Assembly: GCF_003231495.1 (NCBI RefSeq)
Contig: NZ_PQWO01000021.1
Coordinates: 30,001 to 62,000, forward strand
DNA: 32,000 nucleotides
Reading direction: 5' to 3'
Source: Acaryochloris thomasi RCC1774
GTDB lineage: Bacteria > Cyanobacteriota > Cyanobacteriia > Thermosynechococcales > Thermosynechococcaceae
Shown here: one piece after another, positions 8,160-16,328 of the stretch
How positions within the stretch are numbered: position 1 is the stretch's first letter
Layout of the letters: every line of letters starts with the position of its first letter
Translations under genes and position numbers: made by a program
Notes under the pieces: model-generated
Told to the model about the DNA's origin: nothing
Database searches by the model: none
The model's input: only the letters and a program-made list of their open reading frames with translations

Positions 8160-8262
8160 TATTCCTGTGCTGTTAAAGTCATATACGGGAAAGCAGAATA
8201 CTGGATCAGAACTATGTCGGGGCGCAAACGATTTTAAGCTATTTTAGCTTCTTCGGATTGAG

Positions 8263-8544
8263 TCAATCTATATACTCAAATTCGTCATCCAAGAAGGGAC
8301 CATTGGGCATGCGATCGCACCTATCTTGCTGAGGGTCTGAATGTTTTCGGATAAAAAAGACACCATCATTGGTACAGGCTGCGACCTGACCGATACAGCC
8401 TCGAAAAGAACCCTTCGAGATTTTTACCGGAGTCCCAGAAGAATATACGCCTGTATCTCTCTGTTCTTTGATAGGTTGCGAGCTTTCAGTCGTAGGCTGA
8501 TAGTCCTGACTCGCACCCATGGATGGGTTGACAGAAGATTTCAT
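8263..8544 (-). CDS. Hypothetical small protein (KOW-like G-x-V-K-I-x-x-G-x-x-x-G motif)
   Basis: ATG at 8544 is preceded by AAAGGGGGG. This gives a 93-aa product, MKSSVNPS...GTPVKISKGSFRGCIGQVAA...FEYID. The longer track ORF (to 8688) adds a Cys/Phe-rich extension that looks non-coding. Confidence 0.4.
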   Translation of the reverse strand: MKSSVNPSMGASQDYQPTTESSQPIKEQRDTGVYSSGTPVKISKGSFRGCIGQVAACTNDGVFFIRKHSDPQQDRCDRMPNGPFLDDEFEYID

Positions 8545-8708
8545 AGTGCCCCCCTTTACGTTACATGGGAACGAATAGCCGCAGAACATAGCGATCCTGC
8601 CAACTACTGAGACAGATTTAGTGAATAACGTTTCGACTAAATTTAAGCGAGTAACTCTGCTACAGCTAAATGGGATATTGTGTTGCATCGCCCGATAGCT
8701 TTCAGCAC

Positions 8709-8900
8709 CTACTGTACTTTGTCTGTTCCCTTCAACTGTAAGTCAATATCTTGAGGAACAACTGAGGAGCTAAGCAGGCTGAGAGTAGGCCCCAATGTAA
8801 TGATCTTGATAGGTTTGCTTACGCTTTTCAATGCTGCAGAGTGCCTCACAGGTTCCTCAAGCTTCTGCTCTAGGTTGGAAATGAAAATGAGGGACTGCAT
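8709..8900 (-). CDS. Hypothetical 63-aa ORF
   Basis: Only the open reading frame supports this call. There are no motifs, and it lies in a comparatively AT-rich stretch between better-supported genes. Confidence 0.2.
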   Translation of the reverse strand: MQSLIFISNLEQKLEEPVRHSAALKSVSKPIKIITLGPTLSLLSSSVVPQDIDLQLKGTDKVQ

Positions 8901-8994
8901 TTCAACTTCATTCTTCCCAAAGGTGCATCAGGTTTTGACTCGTTTATAAGAGATAAAACCATGCGCCATTTACCCAACACATAGGAGAAACTGC

Positions 8995-9660
8995 ATGATT
9001 CGTATTTTGGTTGGCATTTTGGTTTTTGTGATCAACGTTGTCTATCGAGATCGCCCTTATCCTCGTTTTTATGTCTTAGAAACCGTTGCCCGTGTGCCCT
9101 ATTTTGCCTATATGTCTGTGCTGCACCTCTACGAAACTTTAGGTCTGTGGCGAAAGGCTGACTGGCTCAAAGTCCACTTTGCTGAATCCTGGAATGAGCT
9201 GCACCATTTACTGATTATGGAGTCATTGGGTGGAAGTGAACAATGGATTGATCGGTTTGTGGCCCGTCACGCGGCGTTACTCTACTACTGGATTATCGTC
9301 GGCATTTACGTCATTTCTCCTCGGTCTGCTTACCAATTTATGGAACTCGTGGAGCAGCATGCCTATCACACCTACGATGTCTTTCTGCAGGAGCATGAAT
9401 CTGACCTTAAACAGCAGCCTGCCCCTCCGGTGGCTGTCAAATATTACCGAGATGGTGATCTCTATATGTTCGATGAGTTCCAAACTACGACTCGGCCAGA
9501 ATCGCGTCGTCCAGTAGTGGAGACGCTTTATGACACCTTCATCAATATTCGAGATGATGAGATGGAGCATGTCAAAACAATGGAGGCTTGTCAGCTCCCT
9601 GATGCTCAACGAACCTTCAAGAGTCCCCATACACAAGAAGCTTTGCCTCAGGAAATCTAA
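8995..9660 (+). CDS. ptox: Plastoquinol terminal oxidase / alternative-oxidase family di-iron carboxylate protein (PTOX)
   Basis: All four iron-ligand motifs are present in the canonical order: LETVARVP (E), NELHHLLIME (ExxH), LVEQHAYHTY (E) and RDDEMEHV (ExxH). The RBS AGGAGA lies upstream of ATG 8995. Confidence 0.85.
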   Translation: MIRILVGILVFVINVVYRDRPYPRFYVLETVARVPYFAYMSVLHLYETLGLWRKADWLKVHFAESWNELHHLLIMESLGGSEQWIDRFVARHAALLYYWIIVGIYVISPRSAYQFMELVEQHAYHTYDVFLQEHESDLKQQPAPPVAVKYYRDGDLYMFDEFQTTTRPESRRPVVETLYDTFINIRDDEMEHVKTMEACQLPDAQRTFKSPHTQEALPQEI

Positions 9661-9779
9661 CGGCAGCCGTGATATTGCACTCGCCTCCCAATTTGGAGCT
9701 ATTAAATGCATTCAGGCCATTTTGGGAGACGTTCAACCCATTAGAGAGTTACGCCGTAGCGCATCGTTAGGAGGTTGTC

Positions 9780-10664
9780 ATGATTGACTTATCCCTCAGT
9801 ATCAAAATTCTGTTGGGGATGATATCCGTTCTAATCATTGTGCATCTCTGGTTAGCGAGGCGGTTCCAAATCCTTGGGGATCGACAGGTGTCAACGCTCA
9901 GAATGTTCCATTCTCAGGAGCAGCCGACTCATCCACCAGCTCTGATCCGTGACTTTGTTTTACGCTCTTGTCCCTCATCTCAGCGCTGCCCAGAAACAAT
10001 ACGGATTCACCAAACAGGTGAGATGCGCCTGTCTGAGCAGGGAGAGTGGATTCCCTTTACCGCCACTCAAGACTTTGCTATTCAACAGCCAGGATTTGTC
10101 TGGCGAGCAAGATTCCGGGCTGCCCCGCGAATCAAAATTAGGGTGGTTGATAGCTATGTTGATGGCCACGGGTATCTAGAGGCTAGGTTATTCGGTTCTA
10201 TTTCACTTGCTAAGGCTGAAGGAGCGGGGACAGACAAAGGTGAACTGATGCGATATCTGGCGGAGTTGGTCTTTTGTCCTGATGCTCTGCTCAATAATTC
10301 CTCCCTACAGTGGCGGGAACTTGATCCTTCATCGGTGGAAGTTGCCGCTGGGCCAGAACGAGCGGCTGTGCGCTTTGACTTTGATCTAAATGGCAATATT
10401 GTTCGCAGTAGTGCGCCGGATCGACCACGCTTAGTTGAGGGGCAAGAGATTGAGACGCCTTGGTTTGGAACCTTTGCGGATTACAAAGTGCTTGGCGGTT
10501 ACCGAATCCCGACTCGTGGAGAGGTAAGTTGGCTGCTTGAAGACGGTCCCTTTTGCTATTGGCGGGGGCGTATTACTCAACTGGATGTTGATCCAGAGGG
10601 TGATTCAATGTTCAGTTTTGGGTCCCTAAATCAACCACTACATCCTCAGGTTGTTGAAGGATAG
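9780..10664 (+). CDS. Conserved-looking hypothetical protein with N-terminal transmembrane anchor
   Basis: The protein is 294 aa. GGAGG lies 5 nt upstream of the ATG. The N-terminal helix is ILLGMISVLIIVHLWL, and the remainder is soluble and beta-rich. I cannot assign a family with confidence. Confidence 0.55.
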   Translation: MIDLSLSIKILLGMISVLIIVHLWLARRFQILGDRQVSTLRMFHSQEQPTHPPALIRDFVLRSCPSSQRCPETIRIHQTGEMRLSEQGEWIPFTATQDFAIQQPGFVWRARFRAAPRIKIRVVDSYVDGHGYLEARLFGSISLAKAEGAGTDKGELMRYLAELVFCPDALLNNSSLQWRELDPSSVEVAAGPERAAVRFDFDLNGNIVRSSAPDRPRLVEGQEIETPWFGTFADYKVLGGYRIPTRGEVSWLLEDGPFCYWRGRITQLDVDPEGDSMFSFGSLNQPLHPQVVEG

Positions 10665-10746
10665 GTTGATGATGCCAATGGGGCTGCTTGCATGATAAAA
10701 GATTTAGGCTGTAGAAAATGCGATCGCAACCCCTAAAATTGCAAAC

Positions 10747-13485
10747 ATGAGCACCTGGTATCAACTCAGCCCCCCAGCGGTCTTAGAAAAATTTGGCACT
10801 ATCGCAACAGGCTTGAGTCAAGAAGAGGCACAGCAGCGCCTCGCTCGGCAGGGGCCAAACGAATTAGTTGAGAAGGCGACCAAGAACCCGTGGGTAATTT
10901 TGCGAGAGCAGCTCACCGCAACGATGGTTCTGATCTTGATTGTGGCGGCGGTTCTGTCTGCATTTCTAGGCGATATTCAAGACTCAATCGCTATTTTCCT
11001 GATTGTTGTTTTCAATGCAGTGCTGGGTTTTCGGCAGGAGTATCAAGCAGAACAGGCGATCGCATCTCTCCGCAGACTGGCTGTGCCCACTGTCAGAGTC
11101 AAACGAGCGGGACAGGTACAAGAATTATCCTCTCGGGAGCTGGTGCCGGGAGATGTGGTCCTCCTGGAAGCGGGCAATCTGGTCCCAGCAGATGGACGCA
11201 TTTTAGAGAGCGCCAACCTCCGTGTTCAGGAAGCCTCCCTCACGGGGGAATCGGATGCGGTTGATAAAGTCTCTCACGCATTAGATCAGGGCGATCTGCC
11301 GCTCGGGGACCGCGTAAATATGGTCTACATGGGCACTATTGTCACCTATGGTCGCGGTGAGGTCGTCATCACTGAGACCGCTATGTCCACTGAGCTAGGG
11401 CAGATTGCGGCGGCCATTCAATCGGTGAAGTCAGAGCCGACGCATCTGCAGAAAAGGCTCGATCAACTGGGGCAGAAACTTGCGATCGCAATTCTAGTCA
11501 CGGTTCTGATCGTCTTTGGCCTGGGTCTGCTGCGGGGCGAAGAACTTCAGGCCATGTTTATGATTGCTGTCAGTTTGGGCGTAGCGGCAGTCCCGGAAGG
11601 TCTACCGGCAGTAGTGACGATTGCGCTGTCTTTGGGTGCCCAGCGAATGCTGAAGCAGCAGGCACTGATCCGCAAACTACCTGCGGTGGAAACCCTCGGC
11701 TCGGTGACGGTGATCTGTACAGACAAGACTGGGACATTGACCGAAAATCGTATGACCGTTGCTTCTGTAGTGGCAGCAGGGAAACGCATTGATCTCACCC
11801 AGCATCCTTCCTCTCTCTTAGACGGTGAACCTTCCACCGACTTCCAGACGCAGCCTGTACATTCTCTTTTGCTCATGGCCGGGACGTTGTGTAATGATGC
11901 CGCTCTCAATCTTGATGATGCTGCGCCTCAGGGCTTCCGTATGATTGGTGATCCAACGGAAGGGGCGTTGGTGGTGGCTGCGGCTCAGGCGGGGCTGAAA
12001 AAAATAGATCTAGAAGCATGTTTGCACCGGATCAAGGAAGTTCCCTTCGATTCAGACCGGAAGCTAATGACAACCGTACATTGTCGGGGAACAGACAGCT
12101 CCCCAGCCTTATCTCTGGTTGCCGACACTTTGGCCTTTGCTCAGGTGCCAGATCCTTGCCAATACGTTGTGTTCTGCAAGGGTGCAGTGGACCGGCTGCT
12201 CAAGATTTCGGATTGGGTTTGGGAGGCCGATCGCATTGAGCAGATGACGGAGGAGAGATGCGATCGCATCCTCGAAACCCATGATCAGCTTGCCCAAGAA
12301 GGAATGCGGCTCTTGGGCGTGGCCTACCAATCTCTCAAGGAAATCCCCGATGACCTTTCCACCGTTGAACAACATCTGATCTTTGTTGGATTAGTGGGCA
12401 TGATCGATCCGATTCGCTCAGATGTGTATGGTGCCGTACAAACCTGTCAAACCGCCGGAATTCGACCCGTGATGATTACCGGCGACCATCCTCTAACCGC
12501 TCAACATATTGCCGCAGATTTAGGAATTGCTGCCAACGGTAAGCTGCTCACCGGGCAAGATCTAGATCGGTTGACTGAAGCAGAGTTATGTGATGCCGTC
12601 GGGCAGGTTTCTGTCTACGCCCGCGTTGCCCCCCAGCATAAGTTAGATATTATCCATGCCCTTCAGTGTTCTGGACAAATTACGGCGATGACCGGAGACG
12701 GCGTTAACGATGCCCCGGCCCTCAAGCAAGCGGATATCGGCATTTCGATGGGCATCACGGGTACAGATGTCGCCAAGGATGCTTCTGACATTGTGTTGCT
12801 TGATGATAACTTCAGCACGATTGTGGCGGCAACCCGTGAAGGTCGGGTGATCTATGACAACATCCGTAAATTTATTCTGTACACTCTCACCGGCAATCTT
12901 GGTGAACTATGGGTGATTCTGTTTGCCCCTTTCCTGGGGATGCCCTTGCCGCTTCTGCCGCTCCAAATTTTGTGGATCAATCTATTGGCTGACGGCATCC
13001 TGGCGCTGTCTTTGAGTGTTGAACCCGCAGAGCGAAATATTATGAAACGCGCCCCCTATGAACCCAATGAGAGTATCTTTGGTCGGGGTGTTGGTCAGAG
13101 CATCATCTGGATCGGTCTGTTTTTAGGTGCTGTTCTATTGGGAGTGGGCTACCGCTACTGGGATTTGGGGCTGGAAAATTGGCAAACAATGGTGTTTTGC
13201 ACACTGGCGTTTTCTCGGATTAGTATTGCCCAGGCGGTTCGTTCTGACCAAGACTCTCTCTTTAAGATTGGTTTGTTCTCTAACGAGCCTGCGTTGCTGG
13301 CTGTGATTGTGACCTTTCTCTTTCAGATTCTGGTGGTCTATGTTCCCTTACTCCAGACAATGTTTAAAACGGTGCCGCTGTCGGCTACTGACTTAGGTGT
13401 CAGTTTAGGGTTAGGAGCACTAGTCTTTTTCAGTGTGGAATTTAAGAAGAAAATGTTTCGTCAGCGCTCCGGGTCTGGTGCCTAG
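10747..13485 (+). CDS. Cation-transporting P-type ATPase, type II (Ca2+-ATPase/PacL-like)
   Basis: It has an N-terminal cation-ATPase-N region (LSQEEAQQRLARQGPNEL), the A-domain TGES motif, the TM4 motif PEGLPAV, the phosphorylation site ICTDKTGTLT, MITGDHPLTA, and the hinge TGDGVNDAPALK. There are about 10 predicted TM segments. Confidence 0.9.
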   Translation: MSTWYQLSPPAVLEKFGTIATGLSQEEAQQRLARQGPNELVEKATKNPWVILREQLTATMVLILIVAAVLSAFLGDIQDSIAIFLIVVFNAVLGFRQEYQAEQAIASLRRLAVPTVRVKRAGQVQELSSRELVPGDVVLLEAGNLVPADGRILESANLRVQEASLTGESDAVDKVSHALDQGDLPLGDRVNMVYMGTIVTYGRGEVVITETAMSTELGQIAAAIQSVKSEPTHLQKRLDQLGQKLAIAILVTVLIVFGLGLLRGEELQAMFMIAVSLGVAAVPEGLPAVVTIALSLGAQRMLKQQALIRKLPAVETLGSVTVICTDKTGTLTENRMTVASVVAAGKRIDLTQHPSSLLDGEPSTDFQTQPVHSLLLMAGTLCNDAALNLDDAAPQGFRMIGDPTEGALVVAAAQAGLKKIDLEACLHRIKEVPFDSDRKLMTTVHCRGTDSSPALSLVADTLAFAQVPDPCQYVVFCKGAVDRLLKISDWVWEADRIEQMTEERCDRILETHDQLAQEGMRLLGVAYQSLKEIPDDLSTVEQHLIFVGLVGMIDPIRSDVYGAVQTCQTAGIRPVMITGDHPLTAQHIAADLGIAANGKLLTGQDLDRLTEAELCDAVGQVSVYARVAPQHKLDIIHALQCSGQITAMTGDGVNDAPALKQADIGISMGITGTDVAKDASDIVLLDDNFSTIVAATREGRVIYDNIRKFILYTLTGNLGELWVILFAPFLGMPLPLLPLQILWINLLADGILALSLSVEPAERNIMKRAPYEPNESIFGRGVGQSIIWIGLFLGAVLLGVGYRYWDLGLENWQTMVFCTLAFSRISIAQAVRSDQDSLFKIGLFSNEPALLAVIVTFLFQILVVYVPLLQTMFKTVPLSATDLGVSLGLGALVFFSVEFKKKMFRQRSGSGA

Positions 13486-13614
13486 GGTCTCTAAGGAATG
13501 CCACAAATGACTATCGGTTAAGGTCGTTCCAGGATATGGGCTGAAGCTAGATAGCGGCTAAAACTGCTATCGCGATCGTGGAGATAGCCAACCGAAAAGT
13601 TAACTCATGGGTCT

Positions 13615-14976
13615 ATGCATTCTTCAATTCAGACGAAACTACAGACCCTGCCCTTACCGCTCCAGGAATTGCTGTCAGCGGCTGCAGTAGAGGCTAACGA
13701 TAGAAACTGGCCGCTCTATCTTGTGGGTGGTGCGGTGCGTGATTTGTTACTGCAACAGACTGAGCAAGCCATCAATTTTCGTGAGCTTGATTTAGTTGTA
13801 GATGCCAATCATTCTGCATCGGTTCAGGGCGCTGCAGAACTAGGCTGTGCCCTACACAAGCTTTACTCTGAGGCGCATCTTCAGGTGTACGGACGCTTTC
13901 AAACGGCGACGATGATTTGGCGATCGCATCCTCAACTAGGCAATTTCAGCGTCGACATCGCCACGGCCCGCACAGAATCTTATCCCTACCCTGCCGCTGA
14001 CCCAGATGTTGTCGTGGGTTCTATTCAGCAAGATTTATCTCGCCGAGATTTCACAATAAACGCCTTGGCGGTGCGTTTAACACCCCCAAGATGCTTAGAA
14101 AATACCCCTGTCCTACTCGACTTCTTTGGTGGGCTGACGGATCTGCACCATCAGCACATTCGGGTACTGCATCCCAATAGCTTTGTTGAAGACCCGACTC
14201 GGATCTTTCGGGCGGTGCGGTTTGCGACCCGCTTTGGGTTTGTGATTGAACCTCAGACAGAAGGGTATATTCGAGATGCGATCGCATCTGGCATCTATCA
14301 GCAAACACAAACTCACCACCACCCTGTTCCGGCCCTGCAGTCACGCTTAAAAAAAGAGCTAAAAGCCATTCTCAAATTGCCAAACTGGGAAACCGCTTTG
14401 GTCTTGTTGTCAGAGTTGGATGCCCTGAAATGTCTCCATCCCCAGCTCAAGATTGATCAGGCGTGGTGGAAACAGACCCAATTGGCCTTATCCTGGTTGA
14501 CCCTATTCGATCCGAGCGTGAAAGCAATCCAGCCGTGGCAACTTATCTTGGAGCTATTGGTGGCACAGCTAAGAAGTGAAGATCGAGCTAAAGTCGCTGA
14601 GAATCTTTGTTTAGGTGAGCATAGTCACCAGCGTTTGAGTACCTTAGCTCCAATGCAAGCAGAGATCCATTCCGTTTTGATTTACCCTCGCAGCCCCAGC
14701 CAGGTGGTCCAATGTTTGCGGCGTTACGATCTTCCCACTCTCCTTTTGGTTACAGCCCAAAGCCCCCTCACTGTGCGTCAGCGCATCTGGCAGTATTTGC
14801 AAGAGTGGAAGACGGTAAAACCCTTGCTAAACGGAAATGATTTGATCTGTCTCGGGTATCAACCGGGCCGTGACTTTAACGCAATATTATCGAAGGTGCT
14901 ATTCGCGACACTTGATGGAGTGGTTCAAACAAAAGGTGAGGCAGAAAGGCTAGTCCTAGATTACTTTCCCCTCTAG
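13615..14976 (+). CDS. tRNA nucleotidyltransferase (CCA-adding) / poly(A) polymerase family protein
   Basis: It carries the class II nucleotidyltransferase head motif LYLVGGAVRDLLL.....ELDLVVD, followed by RRDFTINALA and FVEDPTRIFRAVRF. Confidence 0.85.
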   Translation: MHSSIQTKLQTLPLPLQELLSAAAVEANDRNWPLYLVGGAVRDLLLQQTEQAINFRELDLVVDANHSASVQGAAELGCALHKLYSEAHLQVYGRFQTATMIWRSHPQLGNFSVDIATARTESYPYPAADPDVVVGSIQQDLSRRDFTINALAVRLTPPRCLENTPVLLDFFGGLTDLHHQHIRVLHPNSFVEDPTRIFRAVRFATRFGFVIEPQTEGYIRDAIASGIYQQTQTHHHPVPALQSRLKKELKAILKLPNWETALVLLSELDALKCLHPQLKIDQAWWKQTQLALSWLTLFDPSVKAIQPWQLILELLVAQLRSEDRAKVAENLCLGEHSHQRLSTLAPMQAEIHSVLIYPRSPSQVVQCLRRYDLPTLLLVTAQSPLTVRQRIWQYLQEWKTVKPLLNGNDLICLGYQPGRDFNAILSKVLFATLDGVVQTKGEAERLVLDYFPL

Positions 14977-15130
14977 AATGAACCCCCAAATTGAGTGAAT
15001 GCTTTGAGTGCGATCGCAACACCTCAATCGCTGTAATAGACTGCCTCACAAGTTTCACAAGTCTTTTTCCTATTCTAAAAGTAGAGAAACACTTGCTGCC
15101 TTTACCAAACGTACCGTCGTTTCTGGTGGG

Positions 15131-15355
15131 ATGCTTGCAGAGATTTTAGAGCGAGTGATAGGAGGACTGATGATGCTGTCACCCAACAATCTCAAGCTAT
15201 TTCTGGACTATTGGCTCCCCAGATTTGGACTCACGCTATTCTGGGCATTCGTAATTCTGATGATTGTTTTGAGTTTTGCGATTACCATGAGCCGCATCGA
15301 AGCTAGCTCAAGCCTGCCAGAGTCCCCTCAGCAAACATCAATGTTTGATCGCTAG
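15131..15355 (+). CDS. Hypothetical small membrane protein
   Basis: ATG at 15131 follows GGTGGG. The 74-aa product has one strong TM helix (FGLTLFWAFVILMIVLSFAI). The track ORF from GTG 15008 adds a basic, low-complexity extension. It lies directly upstream of the sigma-factor gene. Confidence 0.35.
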   Translation: MLAEILERVIGGLMMLSPNNLKLFLDYWLPRFGLTLFWAFVILMIVLSFAITMSRIEASSSLPESPQQTSMFDR

Positions 15356-15407
15356 GGGTAGCCGCTAGTGGAGCAGCGATGCTTAAAAAAATGGGGTGGT
15401 GAGTTGT

Positions 15408-16307
15408 ATGTCTAATACCGTGAAAGTTGTTAAGGATACCTTTGGGACCTATCTGTCCAATATTGGGCGATATCCATTATTGACTCACGAAGAAGAGGTT
15501 GAATTGGGTCGCCAAGTGCAATTGTTCCTGCACCTTCCAGCGGACGCCTCCCAGGCTGAATTGGAGCAGATTCAGCAACGGGGTCAGCAGGCCAAACAGA
15601 AAATGATCCGCTCTAATCTGCGGTTGGTTGTGATGATCGCGAAGAAGTATCAGAAACGGGGCCTAGAGCTGCTGGATCTGATCCAAGAAGGAAGTCTGGG
15701 ACTTGCGAGGGCAGTAGAGAAGTTCGACCCTTCTAGAGGGTATCGGTTCAGCACCTATGCCTACTGGTGGATTCGCCAATCGATTACCCGAGCGATCGCA
15801 ACGCAGTCTCACACCATTAGGCTTCCGATTCACGTTTCTGAAAAGCTGAATAAGATTAAGAAGGTTCAGCGAGAGCTGTCTCAACAATTGGGCAGAAAAC
15901 CCACAGATGTTGAAATCGCTCTAAAGCTCGATATGACTCAAAATCGGCTGCAGCAGATCTTGACTGCTGCGCGCAGGGCCAATCCACAGTCGCTGAATAG
16001 GCCGGTCGGAGATGAGCGCAATACGGAACTGATTGATCTCCTTGAAGATCAACAGTCAATGGGACCAGACGAAACCGTAAACCAGGATTTGCTGCGGGGG
16101 ACTATGTGGTCTACTTTGACAAACCTTACAGACGATCAGCGAACCGTCTTGATCCTCCGCTATGGCCTCAATGATGGCGTCCCTCGTTCACTGCAATACA
16201 TCAGTCGGCAAATGGGAGTCAGTCGTGAATGGGTCAGGCAGCTTCAACGGTCGGCCATCTCTAAACTGCGAAAATCAGGAGAACTGCAGCAGCTCTTATC
16301 GGCTTAG
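15408..16307 (+). CDS. RNA polymerase sigma-70 family factor, group-2-like (regions 1.2-4.2)
   Basis: Region 2 reads LDLIQEGSLGLARAVEKFDPSRGYRFSTYAYWWIRQSITRAI. Region 3 contains RLPIHVSEKLNKIKK. Region 4.2 has the HTH SLQYISRQMGVSREWVRQLQRSAISKLR. The start is probably ATG 15408 (MSNTV...) rather than GTG 15396. Confidence 0.9.
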   Translation: MSNTVKVVKDTFGTYLSNIGRYPLLTHEEEVELGRQVQLFLHLPADASQAELEQIQQRGQQAKQKMIRSNLRLVVMIAKKYQKRGLELLDLIQEGSLGLARAVEKFDPSRGYRFSTYAYWWIRQSITRAIATQSHTIRLPIHVSEKLNKIKKVQRELSQQLGRKPTDVEIALKLDMTQNRLQQILTAARRANPQSLNRPVGDERNTELIDLLEDQQSMGPDETVNQDLLRGTMWSTLTNLTDDQRTVLILRYGLNDGVPRSLQYISRQMGVSREWVRQLQRSAISKLRKSGELQQLLSA

Positions 16308-16328
16308 AGCGTCATAACGGCAGACTCG

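Noticed and set aside
7975-8247. 90-aa plus-strand ORF from the track
   Set aside because: It is Ser/Ala-rich and low-complexity. It lies exactly antisense to the N-terminal part of the GNAT pseudogene, whose minus-strand translation has clear family motifs.
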